Shown in pieces: positions 25,258 through 38,103 of a stretch of 64,000 nucleotides of DNA. Every line of letters starts with the position of its first letter. The stretch's first letter is position 1. The stretch is taken from positions 1,551,456 through 1,615,455 of the forward strand of contig VJWM01000011.1 of NCBI GenBank assembly GCA_010909165.1, read 5' to 3'. Below the pieces are notes generated by a model. The model made no database searches and was not told the DNA's origin. It saw nothing but the letters and a program-made list of their open reading frames with translations. The DNA comes from Anthoceros angustus (lineage: Eukaryota; Plantae; Anthocerotophyta). The position numbers and the translations under genes were made by a program.

Positions 25258-26033
25258 GGGAGCGTGTGTGTGCATGTTTGCTTTTCGAAGTTTTAGGTCC
25301 TACGCCCGGCTCCGAAGGCCAAGTTTTGATCTGTCTTGTGGTCAAGGTGCTGCGCTCTGCTTTATAGGTTTGTTCGTCTCACGTTCAGGGCTTTTATGCC
25401 GTTTGGATGGAAGGCCCTTGTGTTGTCTTTTTCGTAGGCCAAGGTTCATTTTGCTTTAGGTTTAGACCTTCTCCAGTCGTTTTTCGAAGGCCGAGGTCTT
25501 TTTCTCTGTTTCGATGTCCACTGTTTTGGAGCGTGTGTGTGCATGTTTGCTTTTCGAAGTTTTAGGTCCTACGCCCGGCTCCGAAGGCCAAGTTTTGATC
25601 TGTCTTGTGGTCAAGGTGCTGCGCTCTGCTTTATAGGTTTGTTCGTCTCACGTTCAGGGCTTTTATGCCGTTTGGATGGAAGGCCCTTGTGTTGTCTTTT
25701 TCGTAGGCCAAGGTTCATTTTGCTTTAGGTTTAGACCTTCTCCGATCGTTTTCAAGGCCGAGGTCTTTTCTCTGTTCGATGTCCACGTTTGGAGCGTGTG
25801 TGCATGTTTGCTTTTTTAGGTCCTACGCTCGCCCGGCCAAGTTTTGATCATCTTGTGGTCAAGGTCGCGCCCGCTTTATAGGTTTGTTCGTCACGTGTGG
25901 CTTTTATGCCGTTTGGATGGAAGGCCCTTGTGTTGTCTTTTTCGTAGGCCAAGGTTCATTTTGCTTTAGGTTTAGACCTTCTCCAGTCGTTTTTCGAAGG
26001 CCGAGGTCTTTTTCTCTGTTTCGATGTCCACTG
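25258..26033. repeat. Tandem triplication of about 270 bp
   Basis: ggagcgtgtgtgtgcatgtttgcttttcg.. recurs at about 25259, 25528 and 25791. The third copy has many dropped bases. Confidence 0.9.
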
Positions 26034-28276
26034 TCGTTTGGTATTTTCGCTCTGAATGCTCCGATCCGAAGGCCAAGGGTTTGTGATTAAAGCCATGGTG
26101 TTCTGTGTTTCAAACGTGTGGTAGTCTGAACGTCGACGTGGTGTTCGGTACCGAAGGCCAAGGGCGAAATTAGATCGAAGGTTGTTTTTGCTTTCTGCAG
26201 GCTCGGGCTTCGTCTTAGCGCATTCTTCTATAGATTCAGTCTAGTTTCTTGTACTACTCCAGGCTATTACTGTCTTGTCTTTTGGTAGCTGATCATTCTG
26301 TTTAGCAGTGGCTTGACTTTGTTGTTGTGATTCTAGCTCTTACGGTCTGTTTGACCCGTTCTTGCAGATTTCTTTCGTTCTGGTTTTTGGCTAACAACTT
26401 GTTAAGTGTTTGCTTCGCGTTGTCTTTACCTTTGGCTGTGTTTGTCTGTGGTTCACTTAACAGTGTTTTGGTCACTTCGTTTTGTTTATTTGGCTCGTCA
26501 CGATCGCTGTGGATGTCTTATCCGGTGTTGTCGTTGCTTTCTTGAAAGATAATTTGCTGTTGTTTGCAACTGGCTTTGCTGTAAGCGTGTTTAAAAAGTC
26601 TGTCAAACATTTCAATAGCATTTCTCGTCCTTCATCTGAGTGCTTCTTAGCGATGCTTTGTGTATTGTGGTTGTCTACCCGTGGTTCTTAACACACTTTT
26701 TTACTGTTTGTGTTGAATGGTTTTGGTCCTTTGTTTTGCTCTGTTCGTACCTAGAATCAGATGTTTGTACTGCTCCTAGTTTGGTAATCTGATTGTCTAT
26801 GTGTTTGTGCTTTAATCTTATGTCTGACTGTTGTTTTCACTGCTGCTTACGGATCCAGCTTTACTTAAGACTTAGTTTGTTTCCTATGTTGTTAACTGAC
26901 ACTGTGTTATCTATGTAGTCGTGCAGGGATATTAGGCGCTGGAACTGTTGGTCAAATTATCTGCGAATCGGGTGCAACTGTCACGTACATGGATTGGGTT
27001 GGTGCAATCGGCATTCTATATCATGGTTTTGATTGTTGTAAGTGTTTTTGTCAGCCTATAACTGATGTCAGGTTTTGTGTCTCAGGCCTCAGGTCGAAGT
27101 CAGATGCCTAATTTTTAAAGGTCTACTCAGTTTCGGTTGTTGTGCAGTTCCAGTTCTAGTTGTTTTTAGTTTAAGAGTGGAGTTTTTCCTTTCAGTGTTT
27201 CCATCTATTATCCGTCTAACTGACGTTAATTTGTTTTCTCAGGCAGTAGTCTATGTGGTATTGTATTCTTCCGAGAGCACATTGTGGTGAACGTGACAAA
27301 TTTTTCCAACTTGTCTTGTCCGTTTCAAGTGTAAGTTGTGTTGTACTTTGTTTGACATTTGTGTTTTATGTGTTGTTGTTTTGTTGTTATCAGGCTAAAT
27401 ATGTTAGGCATTGTTTCAAACAGCCTTCTGACCTTTGTTTCTCGTTCAGATTTGTTTTGACCGCTTTCAAGACTGTCCATTTGTTTTCTTAAGGTGTGTT
27501 TTACTGTGACTTAGCTGGAAGTGTATGTTTCATTGCATATTGTAAACTTTAGGCAGTGTATTGTTTGTTTATCGTTTAAAGCAAGAAGTGTGTTGGTTAT
27601 CATTTGCTAACATATTTCTTTTCAGGCCCACTGTTGTGTTTTGAAAGCGCCAACCCTAAGGTACTTGTATGTCAGTTGTCCTTAATGTGTTTTTTAGTGC
27701 AATATCTGCTTGTTTCAGTTTGATTAGTTGTTTCTGATATGATACTATTCTTGTTTCTTGACGCAGGTGCTGTAAGGTCAAGTTTTAAAGGCCTAGATCA
27801 ATTTATTTGGTCTGCAGGAAGAGGTTATTTATCATTTCTTGTTTTCTTTTTAGCTTGTTCTTGTTCGGGTAGTGTACTTTTTAAGCCTTCATTTCTTTCT
27901 CACTTGCCGGGAGGCCTTTCTTTTCGTGAAGCTTGTGGTTTGTTAAGAATGGAAGTATCTTCTTTCTAACATGAAGCGGGGACGTAAGAATGAAACAATG
28001 CATGGGGTCAAGGAGTGTTTTTGTCCCATTTCCCACAGCCCTTTGCTTTTCTTAGTTTCATTTATAATCAACTGGTAGACATTCCAGCAGGTTGTCATTT
28101 GGAAGTGGCAAACATCATGTGAGTATTAAGTGTCTGTGGCCCATTGATCCTCCACGTTTACCTTCCATTTGTTTCTCTTTCGGATCACTCTAATCTTTAT
28201 GTTTTTTGGATGGCTCCTAAAAGAAAACCCACGGGGCTCTTGGGCGGGAAGGAAACAGGGATCTCTGGCCGAAGTC

Positions 28277-30350
28277 ATGGCCAAGCCATATACAAGACAG
28301 CGTGTCAAATCCGCGGTTCCGCATACTGCAACTCATCCGCTGCAGGATGATGGCAAAGTTGATGGTGTCTTGGTGCACAGTGAAGGAACTTACTTAGTTC
28401 CCAAAAAAGACTTGCCCAAACCGCCAAGGCGATTTTCATCCAAGAAGGACGCTCGACGTGCAGCTGAGTTTGTTCAGAAGAGGAGAAGGGTGGACACTCG
28501 ACCTGTGGCTTTGGTTGAAGGTCCTCTTGCAGAGATTACTAACTATGTCCCGATTAATGAGAGAGGGGTCCGGTTTGTGGGGAGAATGATTTCTTGATAG
28601 CGGATCCCATGGTTGTGAGTGCCGCCAAAGCACTGAGTCTAGAGATTTGTGCGTCTGCCGTTGAGCATGCTTTACAGTGGGCGATTCCATTGTGGTTCCC
28701 GACCGAGTCATCCCGATCAAGAAGTGCTTGATATGTTTGAGAGGCTAAAGTGTGATGATCCCAAGATGACTTTGCCATGGGTATGGAGGAAATTGATGAT
28801 GAAGCAATTTTCGAGAGCGGATTTGACCCAATAGTCCCGGAGGGAGGCGGAATGATGCTTAGTGGTGGGGAGGATAGGTCCAAAGCGGCGAATAAGCGGT
28901 GTCAAGTCGTCTTGGGGCCTTTATGAAAGTGAGTGGGGTCGGGGGATGGGATATCTGTTGAGGATATCCTCACAAGGATCTAATCTTATTCGATATCCTT
29001 TTTCCATCAAGTTCGAATCAAGGACAATAGGAGATTTTCTCCGAAGCGTAAGTAGTGATGTTTTTTACTTGTTGATTTTGATAGTTCGACTTTCTTCACA
29101 TGGTGATTTTTTGTTCTCTCTTGTGCGGTTGATGTCTTTCTTTCGTGGTTTTAACCGAATTTTAACAAGGAAGTGCATCTTGAACCAAAGCCGGCTTGGT
29201 TCGATGTTCCGTGATCAACATGTTTCATGGAATTTTCCATGGGGTCCAGCGGTTGGTTGCCATGAAAATCGCAAGGACCTTGGGATTGTGTCATGTCGAA
29301 AAGAGGTGAAGTTGATTTCGATGATGATGAGCGGATTCTTTCACGAGATCATCAATGCTCATTTGGGCGGGGGCTCAAAAAAGGTAATATTGTTGGTTTA
29401 GGGGTTGCACCTTGATTGTTCATGTATGGTCTTAAACCTGGAGGCCATGCCCTATTGTTTGCAGGTGTGCATATTTCTGCATGACCAGGTTTGGAGTTCG
29501 AGGTGGTGAAGAGTTACATAACCTGCTCATCAGGGACTTCTCGTTCTCAGCAGATTCAGGAGGACCTTTTGTTCAGTATGTTTTGGTTGTTTTAGGGTTC
29601 ATTGTATCTTTGACATTGTTCATTGTATCTTTGATTTTGATGTACTGTATTAAGCTTGCTTTTATTTGCAGGTATCACGAACGGCTTTCAAAAAATTACA
29701 AAGTGGACATGAAGAATTACCAGAGCGAGCATTTAGAAAAGGTCAAGATTTACTGAGGATGTTATCGAAACTTTTAGAGTCATTATTGAACACTCTCCCA
29801 AGTGGTCCGCGACAAAAATTTGTCAATTCGTGGTTTCGTTCAATTCAACGATTGATAACCCAAGATCAAATGTAAGTTTGTTGTTATTTGGGCTTAAGTT
29901 TTGTGGTTTGTATTTACTAAGCTTGTTTTTGGCTAGGCTTGGTATGCAAAACTCCGTGTTTCAAAAAGGAATGTTGTCAAGGTTCATGAAGACCATGGTG
30001 AAGCGTGGGCGTTGGCTATTACACCAATAAGAGCTGCCGTGTAACAATGATTACACGTTTGACGATGGCTCGGTGCCTTATCTTTGGGAGAAGTGTGGTA
30101 GCCATAAAAGCATCTGGATTCTCAAGGTAATATGTTTTGAAAGCTTGTGACATTTGAGTCCTTTGTATGTTCCTTCCCCGATGTCGATATGGTTTGCGAT
30201 ATGACCGTCCGGTCAAGCAAAGCAAGCAGCAGAGTCCTTGTTCGTGAGCGGCGATCCTATCGAGCTTTTGAACGAACTGAATCGGATGCGGGATGATTTA
30301 AGGGTGTTCTTCCGTCAAGCTGTCCTCAATGTGACTCGAAATTGTATTTT
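28277..30350 (+). mobile_element. Spliced tyrosine-recombinase gene of Crypton/DUF3504 type (frameshifted)
   Basis: FGVRGGEELHNL (in ORF 29481-29756; catalytic Arg box), ERLSKNYK, YTNKSCRVTMITRL (30020-30061; HxxR box with K), a frameshifted SHKS, and RYDR near 30200. GT-AG introns at 29384-29464, 29576-29671, 29872-29936 and from 30127. Further exons may extend to about 31860. Confidence 0.72.
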
Positions 30351-30573
30351 CTAGTCAGCCTGAAGATCAGCACCCCTTGCGAGTGCAACAGGTTAACAAT
30401 GTAAGTGTTTGAGATTTGTTGCAAGTTTTGTAGGACTTGTTTTGATTAATTCTGTGTCCTGACTTGTTTTTGTGTGTTAGGTCTCTGCCACTCTGTTGTT
30501 CATCATGAAAGCGGACCTTTGAACAATGTCAAGACCGAATCGAGTTTTCTGCACCATGTGGTCCACTTTGTCA

Positions 30574-30975
30574 CAAGTTCGGTTGGTATTGTCGTTCCTT
30601 GGTTGCGATCGCCATGTTGGATCTGTTTTAATCATCTTGGTCTCTGTTACAGGCGGTGGGAGGCGTGGTGTTTTGGTTGCAAACATACCTCCGCATGGCC
30701 AAGGCATCCGGATGGATAACGGCACCAACAATGGGTGTTCTAGTGAAATTCCATATGTTGACAAGGTTGATTCTTTGTCCTCAAGTTCGTTGGTATTGTC
30801 GTTCCTTGCGCCCGCCATGTTGGATCTGTTTTAATCATACCGGTCTGTTACGTGTGGAGATCGGGTGTTTTGGTTGCAAACATACCGAAAGCGCCAAGGC
30901 ATCCGGATGGATAATCAACAACCAACAATGTGTTCTAGTGAAATTCCATATGTTGACAAGGTTGATTCTTTGTCT
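30574..30975. repeat. Tandem duplication of about 205 bp
   Basis: caagttcg(g)ttggtattgtcgttcctt...gttgacaaggttgattctttgtc occurs twice. Confidence 0.8.
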
Positions 30976-32302
30976 GCTTGTTTTGTTTTCACTTCTTTTG
31001 GAGTTTCGATTATGTTTATCTTGGCGGTTGTGAATCCTGCGACTAGTGGAAGCGACCTTCATCCCTCATTTCAACATTGATACATGAGGGAAGTGGATGC
31101 GTGGTCCCTCCGTTGGAGGGCATTGTGCATAGTGAGTGTGATCATCATCCGGGTTAACCAGATGTAAATGTGTGGTAGCACCTCTGGATATTGTATTGCA
31201 CTGTGATCGCAAATGGAAATGGAAGTGGCTTTGAGCGGCTTCGAGATTGAGTCGGGTGGAGTATGATAGGCAAACATTGGAGTTTTCGGCAAAAGGATTT
31301 GGAGGCTCTTATAGAGACAGGCGTGCGGTTGAATTACGAGTCTCTAAGCAAGAGAGAAAGCCCTTGAGATTGAGGCGGAGAAATGTGGAGAGGAGACAAG
31401 AGCACATTAAGCATCAAGAGGCAAGCGGCGGATGGAGCGGCAAGAGGTTCAAGGCTGCGGTGGAAAAGAGAACAGAGCGTAAGAATGTGTCTCGAGATAT
31501 TTGCAGCTATCTCGTGAAAATCCGTCGAGATTGGTAAGTTTTCTTATGCTCTTTATTAATCAGCAGTACATTGAAAATCAATGGTTGTATTTTATTAGGT
31601 TGTCACCTTGCAGGAAGCGGACAATTTCGTCCAAGTCCTCAGCTTCATCAATTGGTTGCCAAGAATGATGCTGTACAACTGCCAATCAAGCCAAGTGGTC
31701 GTGAAAATTACGTTTTCAATCAGTATAATTGTACGATCAATTTCCTAAATAAGGTGAGTATCATTTCTTAAGTATTTGCTATGATTATTTCCAGTGTTTT
31801 CTAGTATCGCCTAATCACGGTTTGTGTCGCTGCTTGTTTTGTAGGTTCCATTGTTGTTGAAGTAGAGTTCAATCTAGCGAGTTCAATCTATTTATTTACT
31901 CTTCATTAGTTGAATTTGTATTTCATGCCATTACGGATATAGAAACTCGCAAAGAAAAGGTTTCTTTGTTGGTTTTTGTATATCCCGGATCCGCATGAAT
32001 ATTATTTAACAGAAAATGTTTTTGTCGATTAGCGATTTTGGTGGGATTTCTAGAATGAGCTTCTAGACCCGGTGGTATTCACTTGGTCGTCATGTTTTCT
32101 ACTCTAGTGCTCTATTTTCTACCTTGATGGTAGATGATTTTACCCCACTTGTATGGTTCTTGTTTTGTACCTTGATGGTAGATGATTTTCACTATAAGAA
32201 TGAATTTTACTCTGGGTAAAATAATGACCAAAAGGTCAATTTTCTCTAAAAATTTACACTACCCGAAAACCAGGCGCGGCCGAGGCCCCTGCAGGCGACT
32301 TT

Positions 32303-32880
32303 ACGTAACCACGGACCGTAACCACATGGCAAGACAAGTACAATTAATATACAAGTGCCCATGTAACCACGGACCAGTAACCACATGACAAGTACACCAA
32401 TGCAAGTGCCCATGTAACCACGGGACCGTAACCACATGGCAAGACAAGTACACCATGCCACGACCACATAGCAAGAGAAGTACACCATGCCACACCATCA
32501 GAGCAGTGCAAGCCACGGAGCATATCACGACCACATGGCGGGAAAAGTGAATAACATAAGTGCCCATGTAACCATGGGAACATGCCAGACCACAAGGAAA
32601 CAAGAGTGAGCCATGCACAAGTGCCCATGTAACCATGGGAACATGCCAGGGACCACAAGGAAACAAGAGTGAGCCATGCACAAGTGCCCATGTAACCATG
32701 GGAACATGCCAGACCACAAGGCAAGAAGAGTGAGCCATGCACAAGTGCCCATGTAACCGCGGAACATGCCAGACCAAGGCAAGAAGAGTGAGCCATGCAC
32801 AAGTGCCCATGTAACCACGGGAACATGCGAGGATCACATGGCAAGAAAAGTGAACAACGTAAAGTGCACATGTAACCAAC
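32303..32880. repeat. Tandem array of 50-58-bp units containing caagtgcccatgtaacca; probable subterminal repeats of the adjacent DNA transposon
   Basis: About 10 degenerate units directly downstream of the transposase gene. Confidence 0.85.
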
Positions 32881-33438
32881 TTGAAGGGAACATACTACAT
32901 ATAAAGCCACGTCCATACTTGTTCGCATCGCTTCTTGTTCAACCCTTGCACCGACATGCCTCCATCCCCACCACACGTGTATGGTCAAGGAAGTTGAATT
33001 CAAGATGAATTCATCACACCCTCGGTGCCAAATGGCGTGCACCTCTGTGAAGAGCCACAAAACCGTGCACATATACGCAGATGCATTTCATTGTTGGAAA
33101 TTATCTACATGGTTCAAGGACACAACTTACCAGCTCTGCTCTATAAAGCTGTCAATATCTCTGCCTGAGCTGGAAAATGACCGTGTGCCCACGACCAACG
33201 GCATCTGCAATTTATACACTGCACCATGCATTATTGGATCATCATTGGATACAAACAAGCTATCTTCATGGATCAAGGAAACAACGATAAGCGGGAATGA
33301 CATGCCAACAACCTCCCGTCCAGACAACATTACTTGCACACTCCACACCAAAACAACTTTACTTACCACTCCACATCAAAACAACCTAAGGATCCCTAAC
33401 AAGATCATCACGATTACTCTCCTCCACAAGGGAGTCCA

Positions 33439-36400
33439 CTACTTGTCGAGCATCGATGATAGGACGTATAACAACTCGTCACCATCCTGTTCATGGTGGA
33501 CCATGTCAAACTTGCATAGTTTGACTAACTCAGCTGGTTGAACACTGTCTGCGTTCTCTAGAGGCAAGGTATAGACAGACCCAGGAATATTCTTCTGCAA
33601 CATGTAATACTGACCAACCACCACAGCTTCACCAGCTTGATGTGTGACCTGGCTCCAAGGGCAGTATCGGCTTGTGCTAAGCGTGTGCTTCACCTCAGTG
33701 CACTGCAGAAGGTAGAATTCTTGGCCCTCATCTTCTTTATTGGCAAAAACCATGAAGTTGTCACCGACTTCCAAGAGGTCTGCCAAATCTGAGAGATCCA
33801 CAGCTTCATCATCGGGGCGTCGGCAAGGAGAGCGTCCGGAGTAAAGGAATTGCTGTGGGGCTGCGGGTAATCCGAGGAGCGGACCATCGATGTGGTCTAA
33901 TCTTAACTAAATTCCAAAAGCGCGTGAGGAACTCTCTCGCAAGCATCATGGTTGCTTTCCATACACTCTGCACAAAAACAAGACAGGCTGCGCATTTTCG
34001 ATTGCGATCGCCACACTAGCCCCATACAGCTATGCATCTTCTTGGACCCGGTATGGGGTCACAAGCATATTTCACCCTCCGATTCACCTCATCCTTGCCA
34101 ATAAGCCGTAAACTTCTATGCACTCCATGCTGCCCGGATGCATAAGAGCTTCGCAAGACGAAATGTGTTCTTGCAGTCTTGGACAACATCACCGCATTTT
34201 GCAACCTCCCCGTGGGAGAGGACTCGCACTCTAAGGGCTCTCTTCAAAATAGCACCGCACCATCATGCTCTCCCTTGCCATGGCCACTCCCAAAGTATGA
34301 CCACACATGTTGCGCCCACCATCAAGCTAGGGTACACGGAGATGAAGTATGAAGGTCGACATGCCTTGAATTGACTTGTCGCTCCATCCGACCAGCACCA
34401 ATGCTCCCGAGGTCTTGGGAACCCCGAATCCAACATCCACCACGTGCTTCATCAAAACAAAGGTTGAACGAAGAGCGTGTCATGCACAAGGTCGTCACCG
34501 ATGTAGAAGTGGTAGTATTCAATGTTTGCAGGGTTGTCGCATCTAGGGGCCATTGCGCTAGAAAACCGAGCGAGGATGGAAACACGGTCATTCCGCCAAT
34601 GCATGGATTTGGATTTCATCTTGGACTCCAAATGCGTAATTCGAAAAATCCATAACCGAGACAACCACATCGATGGAAACCACTCTAGGCAATGCCGAAC
34701 TCCAACCCCGCCATCAACAAAGTCATGGAGAATGAAATCCTTCAACTTGCCCTTGAAGAACTCAACAAATTCTGTGGATGTGTCTCCATGAAGACAAGTT
34801 TGATCCGTTTCTTATCCCGCCCATCCACATCCTTGCCCACAACTTGGTATTGGAAGCATCTCCATTTTAGAAGAGCATTAGGTGAACATTTATAGAAGTC
34901 TCCGGTAGACGAACTTAAGCTTATTCACCCCACATAGGACACAAATTGCGGACATGCGAGCATGCCAATCTGCATCACCGCATTTTGCAACCTCCTGCCG
35001 TGGGAGAGGACTCGCACTCTAAGGGCTCTCTCAAAATAGCACCTGCACCATCATGCTCCCTTGCCATGGCCACTCCCAAAGTATGACCAAAGATGTTGCA
35101 CTGTCAAGCTAGGGTACCGGAGATGAAGTATGAAGGTCGACATGCCTTGAATTGACTTGTCGCTCCATCGACCAGCACCAATGCTCCCGAGGTCTTGGGA
35201 ACCCCGAATCCAACATCCACCACCAATGCTTCATCAAAGGTGTTGAACGAAGAGCGTGTCATGCACAAGGTCGTCACCGATGTAGAAGTGGTAGTATTCG
35301 AATGTTTGCGCAGGTTGTCGCATCTAGGGGCCATTGCTACCTGTAGAAAACCGAGCGAGGATGGAAACGGTCATTCCGCCAATGCATGGACTGGATTTCA
35401 TCTTGGACTCCAAATGCGACTGAGAAAATCCATAACCGAGACAACCACATCGATGGAAACCACTCTAGGCAATGCCGAACTCCAACCCCGCCATCACGAA
35501 CAAAGTCATGGAGAATGAAATCCTTCAACTTGCCCTTGAAGAACTCAACAAATTCTACTGGATGTGTCTCCATGAAGACAAGTTTGATCCGTTTCTTATC
35601 CCGCCCATCCACATCCTTGCCCACAACTTGGTATTGGAAGCATCTCCATTTTAGAAGAGCATTAGGTGAACATTTATAGAAGTCTCCGGTAGACGAACTT
35701 AAGCTTATTCACCCCACATAGGACACAAATTGCGGACATGCGAGCATGCTAATCGCATCACCGCATTTTGCAACCTCCTGCCGTGGGAGAGGACTCGCAC
35801 TCTAAGGGCTCTCTCAAAATAGCACCTGCACCATCATGCTCCCTTGCCATGGCCACTCCCAAAGTATGACCACAGCATGTTGCAACCACCTGTCAAGCTA
35901 GGGTACCTGGAGATGAAGTATGAAGGTCGACATGCCTTGAATTGACTTGCTGCTCCATCTGACCAGCACCAATGCTCCTGAGGTCTTGGGAACCCTGAAT
36001 CCAACATCCACTGCCAATGCTTCATCAAACAGTGTTGAACGAAGAGCGTGTCATGCACGAGGTCGTCACTGATGTAGAAGTGGTAGTATTTCTGAATGTT
36101 TGCAGCAGGGTTGTCAGCATCTAGGGGCCCATTGCGCCTGTAGAAAACCAGAACGAGGATGGAAACCTGGTCATTCTGCCAATGCATGGACTAGATTTCA
36201 TCTTGGACTCCAAATGCGACTGAGAAAATCCATAACCGAGACAACCACATCGATGGAAACCACTCTAGGCAATGCCGAACTCCAACCCCGCCATCACGAA
36301 CAAAGTCATGGAGAATGAAATCCTTCAACTTGCCCTTGAAGAACTCAACAAATTACTGGATGTGTCTCCATGAAGACAAGTTTGATCCGTTTCTTATCCC

Positions 36401-38103
36401 CGCCCATCCACATCCTTGCCCACAACTTGGTATTGGAAGCATCTCCATTTTAGAAGAGCATTAGGTGAACATTTATAGAAGTCTCCAGGATGAACTTAAG
36501 CTTATTCACCCCACATAGGACACAAGTGCCTTGCAGACATGCGAGCATGCATGCATCATGCCGCACAAAGAGCACTTTGACAAAGCAGTCTCAGCACGCC
36601 ACACATGTGGAGGAGCATTACAAACAATGGGAGATGTACCCAAAAGCACCGGACCTCACAAGAACAATGGCAAAGACCACGGGGATGGACACGAGAGAGA
36701 GTCCCACGGAGGCCATTCAACGCATCCTTCAAAAAGGCCATCTCCACATGATACCGCAACAACAAAGATTACGCTCCTGCAGCTCTTCACAAAAATGGCT
36801 TCAACTTCTCAAAGCTCCTGCCCTACTTGAATGTTCGGGTGTTCCTCACAAAAGCGCAGGTAGAATTCAGTCTGCACAACCCACACATGCGATTCGCCAC
36901 ACCTCAGATGAACTTGAACACCGCCACAATTTGCCCACAAGGCCCCAAGCAGATGCCTAATTGAAGTTCGGGGCAACATCTACACTAAGCATTTACACAC
37001 GGTGAAATGAGTCGAAGCTTACAAACCCACAGCTTTGCAGCCAGAGCCTCATTACGACTTGGTACATGCAATCACTACACCTCAAATGAACCAGATGCCA
37101 CTAAATTTTTCATCATGTCCCCAAGCGGATGGCCAACTAAGGTTACAATCAACATGTACACTAGGCATTCACACACACTCGACAAGGAGATGCCCAAAGA
37201 TGTAAAAGGCAACCAAGAACATGGATTTGTGCATCACACAAAGGCACAAGACCATGACCCAAAAGCGTACTTGCGACATGTCAAGAAAGTGCGTGATGTG
37301 GGTGATGAAGGTTTTAGCTTCTTTGTCGCAGCTTGGTATCTTTGTGTTTGACGAAGGACGCGATTCCCAAAAGCGGGCGATGCTTGCTTTCACATAGGCC
37401 GGAAGGATGTCGACCTTGCTTTCCTTCCTTCCCACACCATGTTCTCGGCACGAAACATATCCTCCACACTGGTGCTCAAAGCTTGATGGATCCGCCTCCG
37501 CTCACTCCTATGTGCCGAGAAAGGCTCGAAACCGACCCTTTCCTTGGATATCCTCGATAAGATAATGTTGAACAAGGTGTTCCTTGCCCGCAATTTGTCA
37601 CCAACTTGAACATCCTTTAAACTTGTGCAAGCCTCACGCACATTCTTCAACAACAATGCTCCCAATTGGCATCTTTGGCATCCTGTCGAGCTCTTGGTGA
37701 AACATCTTGACAATGGCGGTTACTAAACTTCTCGAATGTCTTGACGACATTCTCGCGTGTATCCACTTGTAAGCTCTAGAAGCGATGACCTAATTTGCGA
37801 GCCACATCCCGCTTTGCGGCGTCGAGCATTCCTTAACACCTGCCATAGCTCGCCGCTCTCTAAACTTACATGCACGGACTTGAAGTTTGGGCACCCCGAG
37901 TTTCTTGCACGGTAGCGATTTGCATCCTCTTGCTCCACCTTCCTCTCTTGCCGCATGGGTCCCCTGCGTTTGACCTCTCTCGAGGAATACCAAGATTCCT
38001 TGTTATTCTCCTTCCGGCAACTCTTGAACACCGGCTTCACTAGAAGATGCTTGACAGGCCGGGCCTGGGCACAGGCGTTCTCGCCCCGTCGGCGTTTACT
38101 CAT
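33439..38103 (-). mobile_element. Sola2-like DDD transposase gene (frameshifted, catalytic core triplicated)
   Basis: Motifs VQDEIQSMHW, YHFYISDDLVHDTLFVQHC, WSDGAASQFK and WSYFGSGHGKG..DGAGAILKR. An upstream Cys-rich block and an intron-like gap at about 37.1-37.27 kb are also present. The Sola2 assignment is from recalled motifs. Confidence 0.75.
34187..36550. repeat. Tandem triplication (about 785 bp) of the transposase catalytic core
   Basis: catcaccgcattttgcaacctcc starts units at about 34187, 34973 and 35756. The copies differ by dropped bases. Confidence 0.92.

Noticed and set aside
32095-32270. CACTA-like termini (ttttctactctagtg near 32095-32109; cactacccgaaaa near 32256)
   Set aside because: No matching partner terminus, 3-bp TSD or CACTA transposase was found in the window.
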